64,000 nucleotides of DNA from an uncultured Bacillota bacterium (GTDB lineage: Bacteria > Bacillota_I > Bacilli_A > RF39 > UBA660): contig CAMOKF010000002.1 of assembly GCA_946617625.1 (NCBI GenBank), positions 1,354-65,353 on the forward strand, given 5' to 3'. Positions 1 to 10,123 of this stretch are shown here, in pieces (the stretch's first letter is position 1; each line of letters begins with the position of its first letter). The position numbers and the translations under genes were made by a program. The notes under the pieces are model-generated. The model did no database searches, was not told where the DNA came from, and worked only from the letters and a program-made list of their open reading frames with translations.

Positions 1-198
1 ATAGGAGATGGTTTCTTTTCTTTAAATGAGAAAATTGATCCGTATTTTCCAAAATTGAAGAATTATATTAATAGTGCTTTTGGAAGTAGAATGGATGTTA
101 CTAATAAAATGATTGAGGTGATTAATAATAATGCTAGAAAAAATTATGAAAATGAACCTTCAAAAGATGAAGAAGTTGCAAGTGGTAAAAGAAAATGA
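1..198 (+). CDS. 3' end of an upstream gene (partial, product unknown)
   Basis: Frame 1 is open from the window edge to TGA at 196-198 (65 codons), which is notable in a stop-rich AT-rich background. No motif recognised. It overlaps the 5' part of ORF 131..463, so one of the two extents is wrong. Confidence 0.25.
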   Translation: MGDGFFSLNEKIDPYFPKLKNYINSAFGSRMDVTNKMIEVINNNARKNYENEPSKDEEVASGKRK

Positions 199-463
199 TT
201 CAGACTTTGTATTAAAAGATGAGAATGGTAAAATATATGAATTTAATATTAGATTTATAGGAAATTATGATATTAAAAATGTTAAATATTTTTATTTTTT
301 TAATGAATTATTAGATGAAAATTATATAGAATACTCTAAAAAATACCTTTTTGGAGATGTAAATTCTTGTTATGGGAGAAAAATTAATAAAAAAACTCTT
401 CAAGATTTGATAAAAATAGAATATAATAATGAGAAATTATTTTTGAAGAGATTTTATGGTTAA
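131..463 (+). CDS. hypothetical small protein
   Basis: 110-aa ORF from the track. The true start is probably an internal Met (146/152/167) because of the overlap with the upstream frame. No recognisable domain. Confidence 0.4.
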   Translation: MLEKIMKMNLQKMKKLQVVKENDSDFVLKDENGKIYEFNIRFIGNYDIKNVKYFYFFNELLDENYIEYSKKYLFGDVNSCYGRKINKKTLQDLIKIEYNNEKLFLKRFYG

Positions 464-522
464 ATGCCTTGAAAGGAATTATTAAAATTGATATAATTAA
501 GAGGTAGGATGGAGTACTGCTT

Positions 523-1875
523 ATGATTAAGAAGAATAAAAAGAATAATAAAAAGAAGAAAAAATTAATTCCATATGGTAAAAAGGAATTAATTTTTAAT
601 GTATTGAGTTTAGTTATTGCTATTGGTGTTGGCTTATATTTTGGAGGTAGAAGTTTCTATTATTATAGTAAACAAGCTTTTAAAATTGAAAAGGATAGTG
701 TGACGTTAAATGGTACTATTACTAATAGTAATTATACTGTTACTGAAGGAGATGGTTTACATCAGGATACTGATGGATACTATTTTAAAGGTAATGTAGA
801 TAATAACTATGTAACATTTGCTAATAGGACTTTTAGAATCATTAGAGTTAATAACGATGGTAGTGTTAAAGCAATTACTGATTCTATTGCTACAGAATTT
901 ATGTGGGGAGAAGATAGTAATTATGTTAATTCTAATCTAGATAATTGGTTAGATAAAAAAGAAAAGATTGAAGGTAGTGGAGTATATTATGATACAATAC
1001 CTTATGTATCTGATTTCTTAGTTAAGACTGAATATAATATACCTACTTTTGATGGTAAGAGTGTTACTGCTGGAGAAGAAAAACTTAGTAGTTATGTTAG
1101 TACTTTAAGTATAAAAGATTATAGTAATGCTAATGGTAAAAATAGTTTTTTAAATATTTCAAAATATTTTTGGTTAATTGGTGTTAATGAAAGTGGAAAT
1201 AATTTATATGTTTCAGAGGATGGTTCATTATTAGATGGTAATTTATATGAATCATATGGTATTAGACCTGTTATTACTTTTAAACCTGATTTATTAATAT
1301 CAAGTGGAGTTGGAACTAAAGATGATCCTTATGTTGTTGATCAAGGTGAAAAAGTTAACATGGTAGATAATTATGTAATGATTGGTAATGATAAGTGGAT
1401 AGTTTACTATGATAAAGGTAATTTAGTTAAAGTTGTATTTGCAGGTTTTGTTGGAGATAAAACTGTTAGTTATAGTAATACTAATAGTGAATATGATCCA
1501 ACTGATAAAAAGAGTGCTGCTCATTATTTAAATAGCTTATTTAATAATTATCCCTATAAAAAATATTTTAATGATTTAACTTTATATACTGGAGAAGTAA
1601 GTAGTGATACTTCATTAGATTTTACTAATATTTATTCTTCATATGTTACTGTAGGTTGGGGTATGCCTAATTTATTCGATTATAATAATTCTGGTAATGA
1701 TGAGTATTACTTATCTAATACGGTATCTACTGTAGGTAGTAACGTATTAGTTTATCGTAATTATGGATTACTTGAAGAAGCTTCTGTTAAAGATATAAAG
1801 AATATTGCTCCTATAGGATGCATATCTAAAGATAAAATAGAAAAAGATAAAAAAGGTATATATAGAGTGAGGTAA
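523..1875 (+). CDS. membrane-anchored extracytoplasmic protein, function unknown
   Basis: Lys-rich N-terminal tail and one TM helix (LIFNVLSLVIAIGVGLYFGG), then a ~400-aa Asn/Tyr/Ser-rich domain. First gene of a tightly packed three-gene envelope cluster. Confidence 0.6.
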   Translation: MIKKNKKNNKKKKKLIPYGKKELIFNVLSLVIAIGVGLYFGGRSFYYYSKQAFKIEKDSVTLNGTITNSNYTVTEGDGLHQDTDGYYFKGNVDNNYVTFANRTFRIIRVNNDGSVKAITDSIATEFMWGEDSNYVNSNLDNWLDKKEKIEGSGVYYDTIPYVSDFLVKTEYNIPTFDGKSVTAGEEKLSSYVSTLSIKDYSNANGKNSFLNISKYFWLIGVNESGNNLYVSEDGSLLDGNLYESYGIRPVITFKPDLLISSGVGTKDDPYVVDQGEKVNMVDNYVMIGNDKWIVYYDKGNLVKVVFAGFVGDKTVSYSNTNSEYDPTDKKSAAHYLNSLFNNYPYKKYFNDLTLYTGEVSSDTSLDFTNIYSSYVTVGWGMPNLFDYNNSGNDEYYLSNTVSTVGSNVLVYRNYGLLEEASVKDIKNIAPIGCISKDKIEKDKKGIYRVR

Positions 1876-1879
1876 ATCA

Positions 1880-2950
1880 ATGAAAAGAAAAGAAAAGAAA
1901 GAAAAGAAAAAACGACATGTTCATAAATTTACTTTTGGTGTTATATTCTTAGACTTAGTAGTAATTGCTGCTTTAGTTGTTATTAACACATCTGAGTTTA
2001 AAGCTTTTTGGATTCCAACTGCAATGACTACTATGACTCATAAGTATTTAGCATATACTTTATATGATGAAGATACTGTTAATAAAGTTATGAGTGAAAA
2101 CTATATTGAACAGAATACTGATGAAGTAAATTTAGATGATGTTGTAATTGGTGATACTTCTAATAAGACTCATTTTGTAAGTAAATATGAAGAAGATCTT
2201 TATACTAGAACTCCTGGAAATGAAGTTTATAAAATTATTAGATTAGAAGAAAAGAAATTTAAAGGTTATTTAACAGTTATTTATGATCCCGCAGATGTTG
2301 ATTTAGCTATTCCTCAAAAACTTGGTAAAGCTGGTGAAAGTGTTAATACACTTTGTAAGAAGAATGGTGGATTAGTTGGAATCAATGGTGGTGGATTTGA
2401 AGACCTAGATGGTTGGGGTAATGGATCTATACCATATGGTGCTATTATAAATAATGGTGAACTTGTTTGGACTCATTCAGGTGGATCTGGACAATTAATT
2501 GGTTTTACTAAAGATCATAAATTATGGTTAACAAATGATGATCCTGCAACTGCTATTAGTAAAGGAATGGAAGATGCTGTTGAGTTTGGACCTAATTTAA
2601 TCGTTAATGGTAAAGTATCTAAAATCCATGGTGATGGTGGATGGGGTACTGCACCTAGAAGTGTAATTGCTCAAAGAAGAGATGGAATTGTTTTATTCTT
2701 AATAATTGAAGGTAGATTACCTGGATATAGTATAGGTGCTACTATGAATGATGTTATAGAAATGTTACTTAGATATGGAGCATATAATGCTGCTAATTTA
2801 GATGGTGGTGCTTCTTCTACTATGTCTGTAAATGGTAAATTATATAATAAACCTAGTGCAGGTGGAGAATATGGTGGTAGAACTGTATCAAATGCATGGA
2901 TTGCTACTAATAAAACTAGAAAAGCCTGTGAAGGTTGTATAACATATTAA
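1880..2950 (+). CDS. phosphodiester glycosidase family protein (DUF2233/NAGPA-like)
   Basis: Lys-rich tail plus TM anchor. GINGGGF and ANLDGGASSTM motifs are typical of this family. Starts 4 nt after the previous stop. Confidence 0.7.
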   Translation: MKRKEKKEKKKRHVHKFTFGVIFLDLVVIAALVVINTSEFKAFWIPTAMTTMTHKYLAYTLYDEDTVNKVMSENYIEQNTDEVNLDDVVIGDTSNKTHFVSKYEEDLYTRTPGNEVYKIIRLEEKKFKGYLTVIYDPADVDLAIPQKLGKAGESVNTLCKKNGGLVGINGGGFEDLDGWGNGSIPYGAIINNGELVWTHSGGSGQLIGFTKDHKLWLTNDDPATAISKGMEDAVEFGPNLIVNGKVSKIHGDGGWGTAPRSVIAQRRDGIVLFLIIEGRLPGYSIGATMNDVIEMLLRYGAYNAANLDGGASSTMSVNGKLYNKPSAGGEYGGRTVSNAWIATNKTRKACEGCITY

Positions 2951-2962
2951 TAGGAGACTAAT

Positions 2963-4225
2963 ATGAAAAAGAGAAAGAAATTTTTAGTAATTATAATTTT
3001 TATTCTAATTGCTTTAGGTACTTTTTCTTTTTTTGTTTATAAAGAACATAAAGAAGAAGTTGATAAGCAATTAGTTTTAGCTAAGCAAAAATTATTAACA
3101 AAAGATATTAAAAGTCATTTTAGTAATAAAGTAATAGTTAGTAAAGATGCAAAACTATATAAGAAAAATGATAATAAATACGAAGAAATAGGTATTGTTT
3201 ATAAAGATACAAAGTTAGTTTTAACTAATAAGAATAACGAAAGTATAGATTATAATACAAAGTATTTTTATATAGAAAGTATAGATCTTTATATTAGTTA
3301 TAAAGATGTTTCAAAATATGATGAAGATATAACTATAGATGATAGATATAAAAAATATTTATTGTTTGATTTAAATATTAAGACTAATGATAGTGTTACT
3401 TTATATAATAAAGATAAAACTAAAAAGGAATATAAATTAAATTATTCATTAGATTTACCTGTAATAATAAAAGATGATGATGGTGTTTTTGTTGAATACT
3501 TTAATAATTTATATTTTATTAATAATAGTGATATAGCTTCAACTTATGAAAAAAGTAATAATCAAGAAATAGAAGCAAATAGTATTCCTGTTACTTGTTA
3601 TCACTTTATATATTTCCCTGGAGATACTAGTTGTAATGAAATAATATGTCATAGTGAAGAGCAGATAAGATCTCATTTTAATTATTTATCTTCTAATAAT
3701 TATTTTACTATTAATACTACTGAGTTAAGATTATTTATTGAAGGTAAACTTAGATTACCTAAGAATACTATTTTAGTTACTATTGATGATGGAGCTAGAG
3801 CTGAAAAATTTATTCCTTTACTTGAAGAGTATAAATTAAATGCTACTTTATTTTTAGTTTCTTCATGGTATCCTAAAGAAACATTTGCTTCTCCTTATAT
3901 GGAAATTGCTTCTCATACACATGATTTACATACTGGTGGTAAATGCCCTGGAGGACAAGGTGGTTGGATTAAATGTTTAGAGCATGATGCTTTATTAGCA
4001 GATTTTAAAAAGAGTAGAGAAACATTAGATAATACTGAGGCTTTTTGTTATCCATTTTATGAATACAATAATTATACTATTAGTGTATTAAAAGAAGCTG
4101 GATTTAAAATGGCATTTGCTGGTGGACAAAAGAAAGCTACTAGAGGTATAGATTTATTCCAAATACCTAGAATTACTATTCATAATAGTACTACATTAAA
4201 TGAATATATTAATTATATTAGTTAA
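2963..4225 (+). CDS. polysaccharide deacetylase (NodB-homology) with N-terminal membrane anchor
   Basis: TM anchor; C-terminal VTIDDGARAE (NodB motif 1 Asp-Asp) and ASHTHDLH histidine motif. Followed by a terminator at 4225-4247. Confidence 0.8.
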   Translation: MKKRKKFLVIIIFILIALGTFSFFVYKEHKEEVDKQLVLAKQKLLTKDIKSHFSNKVIVSKDAKLYKKNDNKYEEIGIVYKDTKLVLTNKNNESIDYNTKYFYIESIDLYISYKDVSKYDEDITIDDRYKKYLLFDLNIKTNDSVTLYNKDKTKKEYKLNYSLDLPVIIKDDDGVFVEYFNNLYFINNSDIASTYEKSNNQEIEANSIPVTCYHFIYFPGDTSCNEIICHSEEQIRSHFNYLSSNNYFTINTTELRLFIEGKLRLPKNTILVTIDDGARAEKFIPLLEEYKLNATLFLVSSWYPKETFASPYMEIASHTHDLHTGGKCPGGQGGWIKCLEHDALLADFKKSRETLDNTEAFCYPFYEYNNYTISVLKEAGFKMAFAGGQKKATRGIDLFQIPRITIHNSTTLNEYINYIS

Positions 4226-4247
4226 CAGAGTTTTACTCTGTTTTTTT
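4225..4247 (+). terminator. intrinsic terminator
   Basis: ACAGAG/CTCTGT stem plus T7. Confidence 0.7.
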
Positions 4248-4298
4248 GTATATTTTTATTTTATTTAGTATAATTATTATAGTTAGGAGAATAATGAT

Positions 4299-5309
4299 AT
4301 GAATGAAAATCAAGATGTTATAAATATTGTTGAATCTGGTGTGTTAGGTTTTGTAGTAGGAGATGCCTTTGGAGTACCAGTAGAATTTACTATAAGAAGT
4401 CAAAGAAAAAGAGATTTACTTACTGAAATGATAGGTAATGGTAGTCATCCTGTTCCAGAAGGTACATGGAGTGATGATAGTTCAATGACTATAGCAACAT
4501 TAGACTCTATTCGTGAATGTGAAAATATTAATTACGACGATATTATGAGTAAGTATTGTGATTGGGTATTTAATAAAAAATATACTGCTACTGATGAAGT
4601 ATTTGATGTTGGTTCTACTACAGGATATGCTGTTGATAATTATTATAAGAATAAAATGCACCCAGTAGATTGTGGTGGGAAAGATGAGATGTCTAATGGT
4701 AATGGATCACTTATGAGAATGTTACCTATAGCTTATTATCTACATTTTAGTAACATTGATTATTCTACAAAGGTTGATATAGTTACTAATTATTCTTCAT
4801 TAACTCATGGACATGAAGTTAGTATATTAGGTTGTTTGATTTATAATGATTATATGAATAATCTTTTGAATGGTATGAGTAAAGAAGATGCTTATTATGA
4901 TTTAGATATTGAAAGATATAGGTTACATTTTTCTGAAGAAACTGTTGAAAAATATAGAAGAATTCTAAAACATGAATTAAAAGAGTTAGACGAAGATTCA
5001 ATAAAATCTACTGGTTATGTTGTTGATACATTAGAAGCTAGTATGTGGACTTTACTTAATACAAATAGTTATGAAGAAGCAATAGTTGAAGCTGTTTCTT
5101 TAGGAGATGATACTGATACTGTAGCAGCTATAACAGGTAGTATGGCTGGTACTATATACGGTGTTAATTCTATTCCAGAAAGATGGTTATCTAAAGTTAG
5201 AAAAGTGGATTATATTAAAAATATTGTTACTGGATTTTGTGATGTTATTAATAAGAACAACTCTAAAGTATATGGATTTATTAATAAACCAGAATTTTTT
5301 GATTTATAA
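4299..5309 (+). CDS. ADP-ribosylglycohydrolase family protein
   Basis: GDAFGVPVEF, WSDDSSMT and GDDTDTVAAITG motifs of the DraG/ARH fold. AGGAG RBS upstream. Confidence 0.85.
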   Translation: MNENQDVINIVESGVLGFVVGDAFGVPVEFTIRSQRKRDLLTEMIGNGSHPVPEGTWSDDSSMTIATLDSIRECENINYDDIMSKYCDWVFNKKYTATDEVFDVGSTTGYAVDNYYKNKMHPVDCGGKDEMSNGNGSLMRMLPIAYYLHFSNIDYSTKVDIVTNYSSLTHGHEVSILGCLIYNDYMNNLLNGMSKEDAYYDLDIERYRLHFSEETVEKYRRILKHELKELDEDSIKSTGYVVDTLEASMWTLLNTNSYEEAIVEAVSLGDDTDTVAAITGSMAGTIYGVNSIPERWLSKVRKVDYIKNIVTGFCDVINKNNSKVYGFINKPEFFDL

Positions 5310-5314
5310 AATAA

Positions 5315-5347
5315 GCGATTAGTATTTGTCTAATCGTCTTTTTTTTT
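5315..5347 (+). terminator. intrinsic terminator
   Basis: CGATTAG/CTAATCG stem plus T-run. Confidence 0.7.
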
Positions 5348-5403
5348 ATTGTTATTTGTTATATAATTAATACAGTTGAGATATAGATATAGGAGGTTTT
5401 TAC

Positions 5404-8400
5404 ATGAAGAAAATTATGGATGGTAACGAGGCAGCTGCTTATGTCTCATATAACTTTACTGAAGTAGCTGGAATATATCCTATTACTCCAGCATCTCCAA
5501 TGGCAGAGCTTACTGATAAATGGAGTAATGAAGGTAAATTAAACTACTTTGATACACCTGTTAAAGTGGTAGAGATGGAGAGTGAAGCTGGTGCAGCTGG
5601 AATGGTACATGGATCTTTACTATCTGGATGTTTGACTACTACTTATACAGCTAGTCAAGGATTATTATTAATGATTCCTAATATGTATAAGATAGCTGGT
5701 GAATTATTACCTTGTGTTATAAATGTAGCAGCTAGAAGTTTAGCTACACATGCTTTATCTATTTTTGGAGATCATCAAGATGTATATGCTGCTAGAAGTA
5801 CAGGTTTTGCAATGCTTGCATCATCTTCAGTACAACAAGTAATGGATTTAACAGGAGTAGCACATTTATCTGCTATAAAGTCTAGTGTACCTTTTATTAA
5901 CTTTTTTGATGGTTTTAGAACAAGTCATGAATTACAAAAAGTAGATGTAATTGATACTGAAAAATTAAAAAAACTAATTGACAAGAAAAAATTAGATGAA
6001 TTTAGATCAAAAGCTTTAAATCCATATAATCCAATGACTCATGGTGCTGCTCAAAATGAAGATGTTTATTTTCAAAATACAGAAGTAAGAAATAAATATT
6101 ATGATGAAGTTCCAGATATTGTTAATGCTTATATGGAAGAAGTTAGTAAAATAACTGGAGAAGACTATAAGCCTTTTAATTACTATGGAAGCCCATCTGC
6201 TACTAAAGTTATTGTTGCAATGGGATCTGTTTGCGAAACAATAAAAGAAACAATTGATTATTTAGTTGAAAAAAGAGGAGAAAATGTTGGTTTAATAGAA
6301 GTTCATTTATATAGACCTTTTAGTACTAAATATTTCTTAAAAGCTTTACCTAAGACAGTTAAGAAGATTGCTGTATTAGATAGAACTAAAGAAGCTGGTG
6401 GAAATGGAGAACCATTATTCTTAGATGTTGTTAAAACTATTAAAGAAGTAGATGCTAAAGTAAGTGTATATGGTGGTAGATATGGTTTATCTAGTAAGAA
6501 TACTACTCCAGCTATGATAAAAGGATTATTTGATATTCTAGATACTAGAGATATGCATAATAATTTTACTTTAGGTATTAAAGATGATGTTACTAATTTA
6601 TCTATTCCTTATGATAATAAATTTTATATTCCTACAAATAATATAGAATTCTTAGTATATGGTTATGGTAGTGATGGTATGGTAAGTGCTTCTAAAGATT
6701 TAATGAAGATTACTGGTACTTATACTAATGCTTATGTACAAGGTTATTTCCAATATGATTCTAAGAAGAGTGGTGGAGTTACTATATCTAATTTAAGATT
6801 TAGTAAGAAACCTGTAAGAAGTACTTATTATGTTGAAAAAGCTACATTAATTGTTTGTACTAAAGATTCTTATTTAAAGAAACTAAGAATGCTTGAGAAG
6901 ATTAAAGATAAGGGAATATTTATAATTAATACTAATAAAAATCATGATGAAGTTTTAAGTATGATGAGTAATCATGATAAAAAAATATTACAAACTAGAA
7001 ATATTAAAATATTTACTATAGATGCTAATAAGATTGCTAATGAAGTAGGGCTTAATGGTAAAATTAGTACAATTATGGAAACATTAATTTTTAAGATGGG
7101 TAAAATAATTGAATTTGACTTTGCTGTTGGAAAGATTAAAGAGAATTTAACTACTAAATTTGCTAATAAAGGTGGAGATATAATATCTAAAAACATTAGA
7201 GCAATTGATTTAGCTTTAGATGGTTTATCTCCTTTAAAACTTCCTTATGTAGATTTTGATGAAGATTATGGTAATAAGAAAAATATGTATCAAATTATTG
7301 ATTCAATGGAAGGTGATACTTTACCTGTTAGTAGCTTTGTTAAAATGGCTAATGGTGAGATAGAAGCTGGAACTAGTAGTTATGATAAACGTGATAGTAG
7401 TGATGTTGTACCTAGTTATTGTTCAGAAAATTGTATTTCATGTAATTTATGTAGTTTAGTTTGCCCTCATGGAGTTATTAGACCATACTTATTAAATGAA
7501 AAAGAGGTAATAGATGCTCCTGATAGTCTAAATAATAATTTGATTAATGCAAATATTAAAGATAAGGATTATAAATTCTCTATTGGTGTTAGTACTGCTG
7601 ATTGTACAGGTTGTGGACTATGTAGTGAGATATGTCCAGGTAAGAAGGGTGCTAAAGCACTTGTTATGAAGATGAAAGAAGAGTTAAAAGCTTCTAAACA
7701 AGATGTTGATTACAAATATTTAATTGAAGAAGTAAGTGAAAAAGAAAATGTAATGCCTACTAATACAGTTAAAGGTAGTCAATTTGTTTCTCCTAAATTT
7801 CAATTTCCAGGTGCTTGTGCAGGATGTGGAGAAACTCCTTATTTAAAATTAGTTAGTCAATTATTTGGAGATAGGATGGTAGTTGCTAATGCTACTGGAT
7901 GTTCATCTATATATAGTGCAAGTATGCCATCTATGGCATGGAAGACTCCATGGAGCAATTCTTTATTTGAAGATAATGCTGAATTTGGTTATGGTATGAA
8001 AATAGCTGATATAGCTATGAAGAATAGAATAGTGACAATTATTAATAATAATATTAAAGTAGTTAAAAAGAGTGAGCAACCTATATATAAAGCTTATGCT
8101 GAAAATATTACTGAAGAAACAGCTAATGAATTAATGAAAGTAATTGATGAAACTAGATTAGAAGAATTATTAAAATTGAAAGATTTTATAATGCCTAGAA
8201 GTTATTGGTTAATAGGTGGTGATGGTTGGGCATATGACATTGGTTATAATGGAATAGATCATGTCTTAGCTAATCACGAAAATATTAATATTTTAGTTTT
8301 AGATACTGAAGTATATTCTAATACTGGTGGACAAGCTTCTAAATCAACTAGAACTGGTGCTGTTGCTAAATTTGCTAGTGCTGGTAAAAATATTGCTAAA

Positions 8401-8832
8401 AAGGATTTAGCAAAAATTGCTTTAACATATCCACATGTTTATGTTGGCACTATATCTTTAGGAGCTAATCCTGGACAAGCTATTAAAGTATTAAAAGAGG
8501 CTGAGGCTTATGATGGCCCATCTATTATAATTGCTTATAGTCCTTGTATAGCTCAAGGTATTATTAAAGGAATGAAAAATAGTATTAATGAAGAAAAAGC
8601 TGCTACAGCTTCTGGCTATTTCCCATTATTCCACTTTAATCCAGCAACTAATGAATTTAAGCTAGATAGTGGTGTTGATTTTTCAAAATATAAAGAATTT
8701 ATCTTAGGTGAAGATAGATATAAATCTTTATCTAAATTAAATAAAAACTATAAAGAAATGTTAGATGAAAATCAAAAGAATGCAGAAGAAAGATATAAAT
8801 ATTATGAATCTTTAGCTTTTAATAAAAAATAA
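5404..8832 (+). CDS. nifJ: pyruvate:ferredoxin (flavodoxin) oxidoreductase
   Basis: 1142 aa. N-terminus MDGNEAAAYVSY..YPITPASPMAE. Two 4Fe-4S motifs (CISCNLCSLVCP, CTGCGLCSEICP). TPP-binding GGDGWAYDIG. Confidence 0.95.
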   Translation: MKKIMDGNEAAAYVSYNFTEVAGIYPITPASPMAELTDKWSNEGKLNYFDTPVKVVEMESEAGAAGMVHGSLLSGCLTTTYTASQGLLLMIPNMYKIAGELLPCVINVAARSLATHALSIFGDHQDVYAARSTGFAMLASSSVQQVMDLTGVAHLSAIKSSVPFINFFDGFRTSHELQKVDVIDTEKLKKLIDKKKLDEFRSKALNPYNPMTHGAAQNEDVYFQNTEVRNKYYDEVPDIVNAYMEEVSKITGEDYKPFNYYGSPSATKVIVAMGSVCETIKETIDYLVEKRGENVGLIEVHLYRPFSTKYFLKALPKTVKKIAVLDRTKEAGGNGEPLFLDVVKTIKEVDAKVSVYGGRYGLSSKNTTPAMIKGLFDILDTRDMHNNFTLGIKDDVTNLSIPYDNKFYIPTNNIEFLVYGYGSDGMVSASKDLMKITGTYTNAYVQGYFQYDSKKSGGVTISNLRFSKKPVRSTYYVEKATLIVCTKDSYLKKLRMLEKIKDKGIFIINTNKNHDEVLSMMSNHDKKILQTRNIKIFTIDANKIANEVGLNGKISTIMETLIFKMGKIIEFDFAVGKIKENLTTKFANKGGDIISKNIRAIDLALDGLSPLKLPYVDFDEDYGNKKNMYQIIDSMEGDTLPVSSFVKMANGEIEAGTSSYDKRDSSDVVPSYCSENCISCNLCSLVCPHGVIRPYLLNEKEVIDAPDSLNNNLINANIKDKDYKFSIGVSTADCTGCGLCSEICPGKKGAKALVMKMKEELKASKQDVDYKYLIEEVSEKENVMPTNTVKGSQFVSPKFQFPGACAGCGETPYLKLVSQLFGDRMVVANATGCSSIYSASMPSMAWKTPWSNSLFEDNAEFGYGMKIADIAMKNRIVTIINNNIKVVKKSEQPIYKAYAENITEETANELMKVIDETRLEELLKLKDFIMPRSYWLIGGDGWAYDIGYNGIDHVLANHENINILVLDTEVYSNTGGQASKSTRTGAVAKFASAGKNIAKKDLAKIALTYPHVYVGTISLGANPGQAIKVLKEAEAYDGPSIIIAYSPCIAQGIIKGMKNSINEEKAATASGYFPLFHFNPATNEFKLDSGVDFSKYKEFILGEDRYKSLSKLNKNYKEMLDENQKNAEERYKYYESLAFNKK

Positions 8833-8859
8833 AAGGAAGTTGTGCTTCCTTTTATTTTT
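8833..8859 (+). terminator. intrinsic terminator after PFOR
   Basis: AAGGAAG/CTTCCTT stem plus T-rich tail. Confidence 0.75.
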
Positions 8860-8888
8860 GTTTATAATAATAACTTATGGAGGTTCTT

Positions 8889-9851
8889 ATGAAAAAGTTA
8901 TTATTTATTTTTATTATATTATTAGTTCCAATTACTTGTTTTGCAAGTGATGATATAGAAGTATCTGTTAGTACTAAAAAGGGTTTATATGTTAGAAGTA
9001 GTGCTAGTACTAAATCATCTATTGTAGGTGGATTAGTTTATGAAAAAGAAGTATCTGTATTACCTAATACTTATGAAGGATATGGTTGTAGAGATGGGTT
9101 TTATAAAATAACTTCTGGAGTATATAAGAATAATTATATTTGTAGTACTTATACTAAAGTTATTAGTAGAGTCGATGAGGATACTTTAGAAGAATTTAAT
9201 GAAAAGATTATTAGTGTTAATACTCCATTAAATCTTAGAGAAAAACCTAATAAAAACTCTAATAAATTAACTACTTTATCTAAAGGTAAAAACTACGTAG
9301 CAACTGAAAGAGTATATGATAATAATTCTGGATGTAAGAATAATGTTTGGTATAAGATACAAGTTAATGAATATTCAGGATATGTTTGTTCTTACTATGT
9401 AAAAGATGGTGCTTCTACTGATAAATATGTTTATTCATGTAATGATAGAGTAAGTGAATCTAAGGCAAATGAATTAGGAGTTAATACTGATGAAACTTTT
9501 GTAGAAGTTGATACTACTGAACAGTTACTTACTTTTTATATAGATGGTATTTGTCATTTAAAAGCATCTACTGTTACTGGTAAGGAAGATAAAGATAGAG
9601 ATGCGATTGAGACTATTCCTGGTAATTTTAGAATAACTGAAATGGTTAGAAATAAGTATTTTAAATCAAGTAATGTTTATTCTAATTATTGGATGAGATT
9701 TAACTTAGGAATGGGATTACATGATGCAGATAATTGGAGAAGTAAATTTGGTTATAAAGCTTCTCATGGATGTGTTAATTTACCTTTATCTGCTACTAAG
9801 ATAATATATGATAATGTTAGTGTTGGAACTAAAGTGATAGTACATAAATAA
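8889..9851 (+). CDS. L,D-transpeptidase (YkuD domain) with SH3b-like repeats
   Basis: Signal peptide, two SH3b-like repeats (LYVRSSAS.., LNLREKPN..) and the C-terminal catalytic motif SHGCVNLP. ATG 8889 sits behind a GGAGG RBS and is preferred to the track start 8877. Confidence 0.8.
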   Translation: MKKLLFIFIILLVPITCFASDDIEVSVSTKKGLYVRSSASTKSSIVGGLVYEKEVSVLPNTYEGYGCRDGFYKITSGVYKNNYICSTYTKVISRVDEDTLEEFNEKIISVNTPLNLREKPNKNSNKLTTLSKGKNYVATERVYDNNSGCKNNVWYKIQVNEYSGYVCSYYVKDGASTDKYVYSCNDRVSESKANELGVNTDETFVEVDTTEQLLTFYIDGICHLKASTVTGKEDKDRDAIETIPGNFRITEMVRNKYFKSSNVYSNYWMRFNLGMGLHDADNWRSKFGYKASHGCVNLPLSATKIIYDNVSVGTKVIVHK

Positions 9852-9890
9852 AAAAAGAGATAGGCGGCATTCCTATCTCTTTTATTTTTT
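9850..9890. terminator. bidirectional intrinsic terminator
   Basis: AGAGATAGG/CCTATCTCT 9-bp stem flanked by an A-run and a T-run. Confidence 0.8.
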
Positions 9891-9991
9891 ATCTAAGAGG
9901 CCGTCCCCCCTGAGAGGCGGCCCCCAAAAAGAATAAAAAGGGGTTGGCTAGTGTGATACTAGCGACCAATTCGCCTAATACCGAATTGGTG
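9850..9991 (-). ncRNA. candidate small RNA (~140 nt) between the L,D-transpeptidase gene and recG
   Basis: Minus-strand promoter: TTGACT (10026-10021), 17-nt spacer, TAGTAT (10003-9998). Three GC-rich hairpins: 9965-73/9982-90, 9947-52/9958-63, 9899-9903/9918-22. Ends at the bidirectional terminator 9856-64/9872-80, with a T-run on the minus strand. Confidence 0.4.
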
Positions 9992-10123
9992 ATTCTTATA
10001 CTAATGCAAAAGGCATAAAAAGTCAATAAAAAAGTTAAAAAAAATTAAAAAATAATTTTAGTGTTTTTTCTTTGGTAGAAATTGAAAAAATATGATATAA
10101 TATGCAAGAAGGAAGTGGTAATA

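Noticed and set aside
4819-5001. Antisense or embedded short ORFs: 4819-5001(-), 6972-7196(-), 12022-12228(-), 16236-16427(+), 18550-18747(-), 26274-26465(+), 27463-27759(-), 29057-29263(-), 46934-47245(-), 53277-53528(-), 55671-55859(-), 60895-61095(-)
   Set aside because: Each lies inside, or antisense to, a long motif-bearing CDS. They have Leu/Ile/Phe/Asn-rich low-complexity translations typical of antisense frames in AT-rich DNA, and no RBS.
9891-10060. SRP (4.5S/scRNA) or 6S RNA identity for the GC-rich island upstream of recG
   Set aside because: The conserved SRP domain IV strings (GGAAGCAGC / GUCAGGUCCGGAAGG-like) are absent on both strands. The ~140-nt size and hairpin layout do not resemble the long interrupted 6S helix.
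10082-10123. Track start (TTG 10082) for recG
   Set aside because: The first 14 codons run through an extended -10 box (TGATATAAT, 10093-10101) and add a non-conserved MKKYDIICKKEVVI extension. TTG 10124 behind AGGAAGTGG gives the family-typical N-terminus (GELKDVKGIGPK..).
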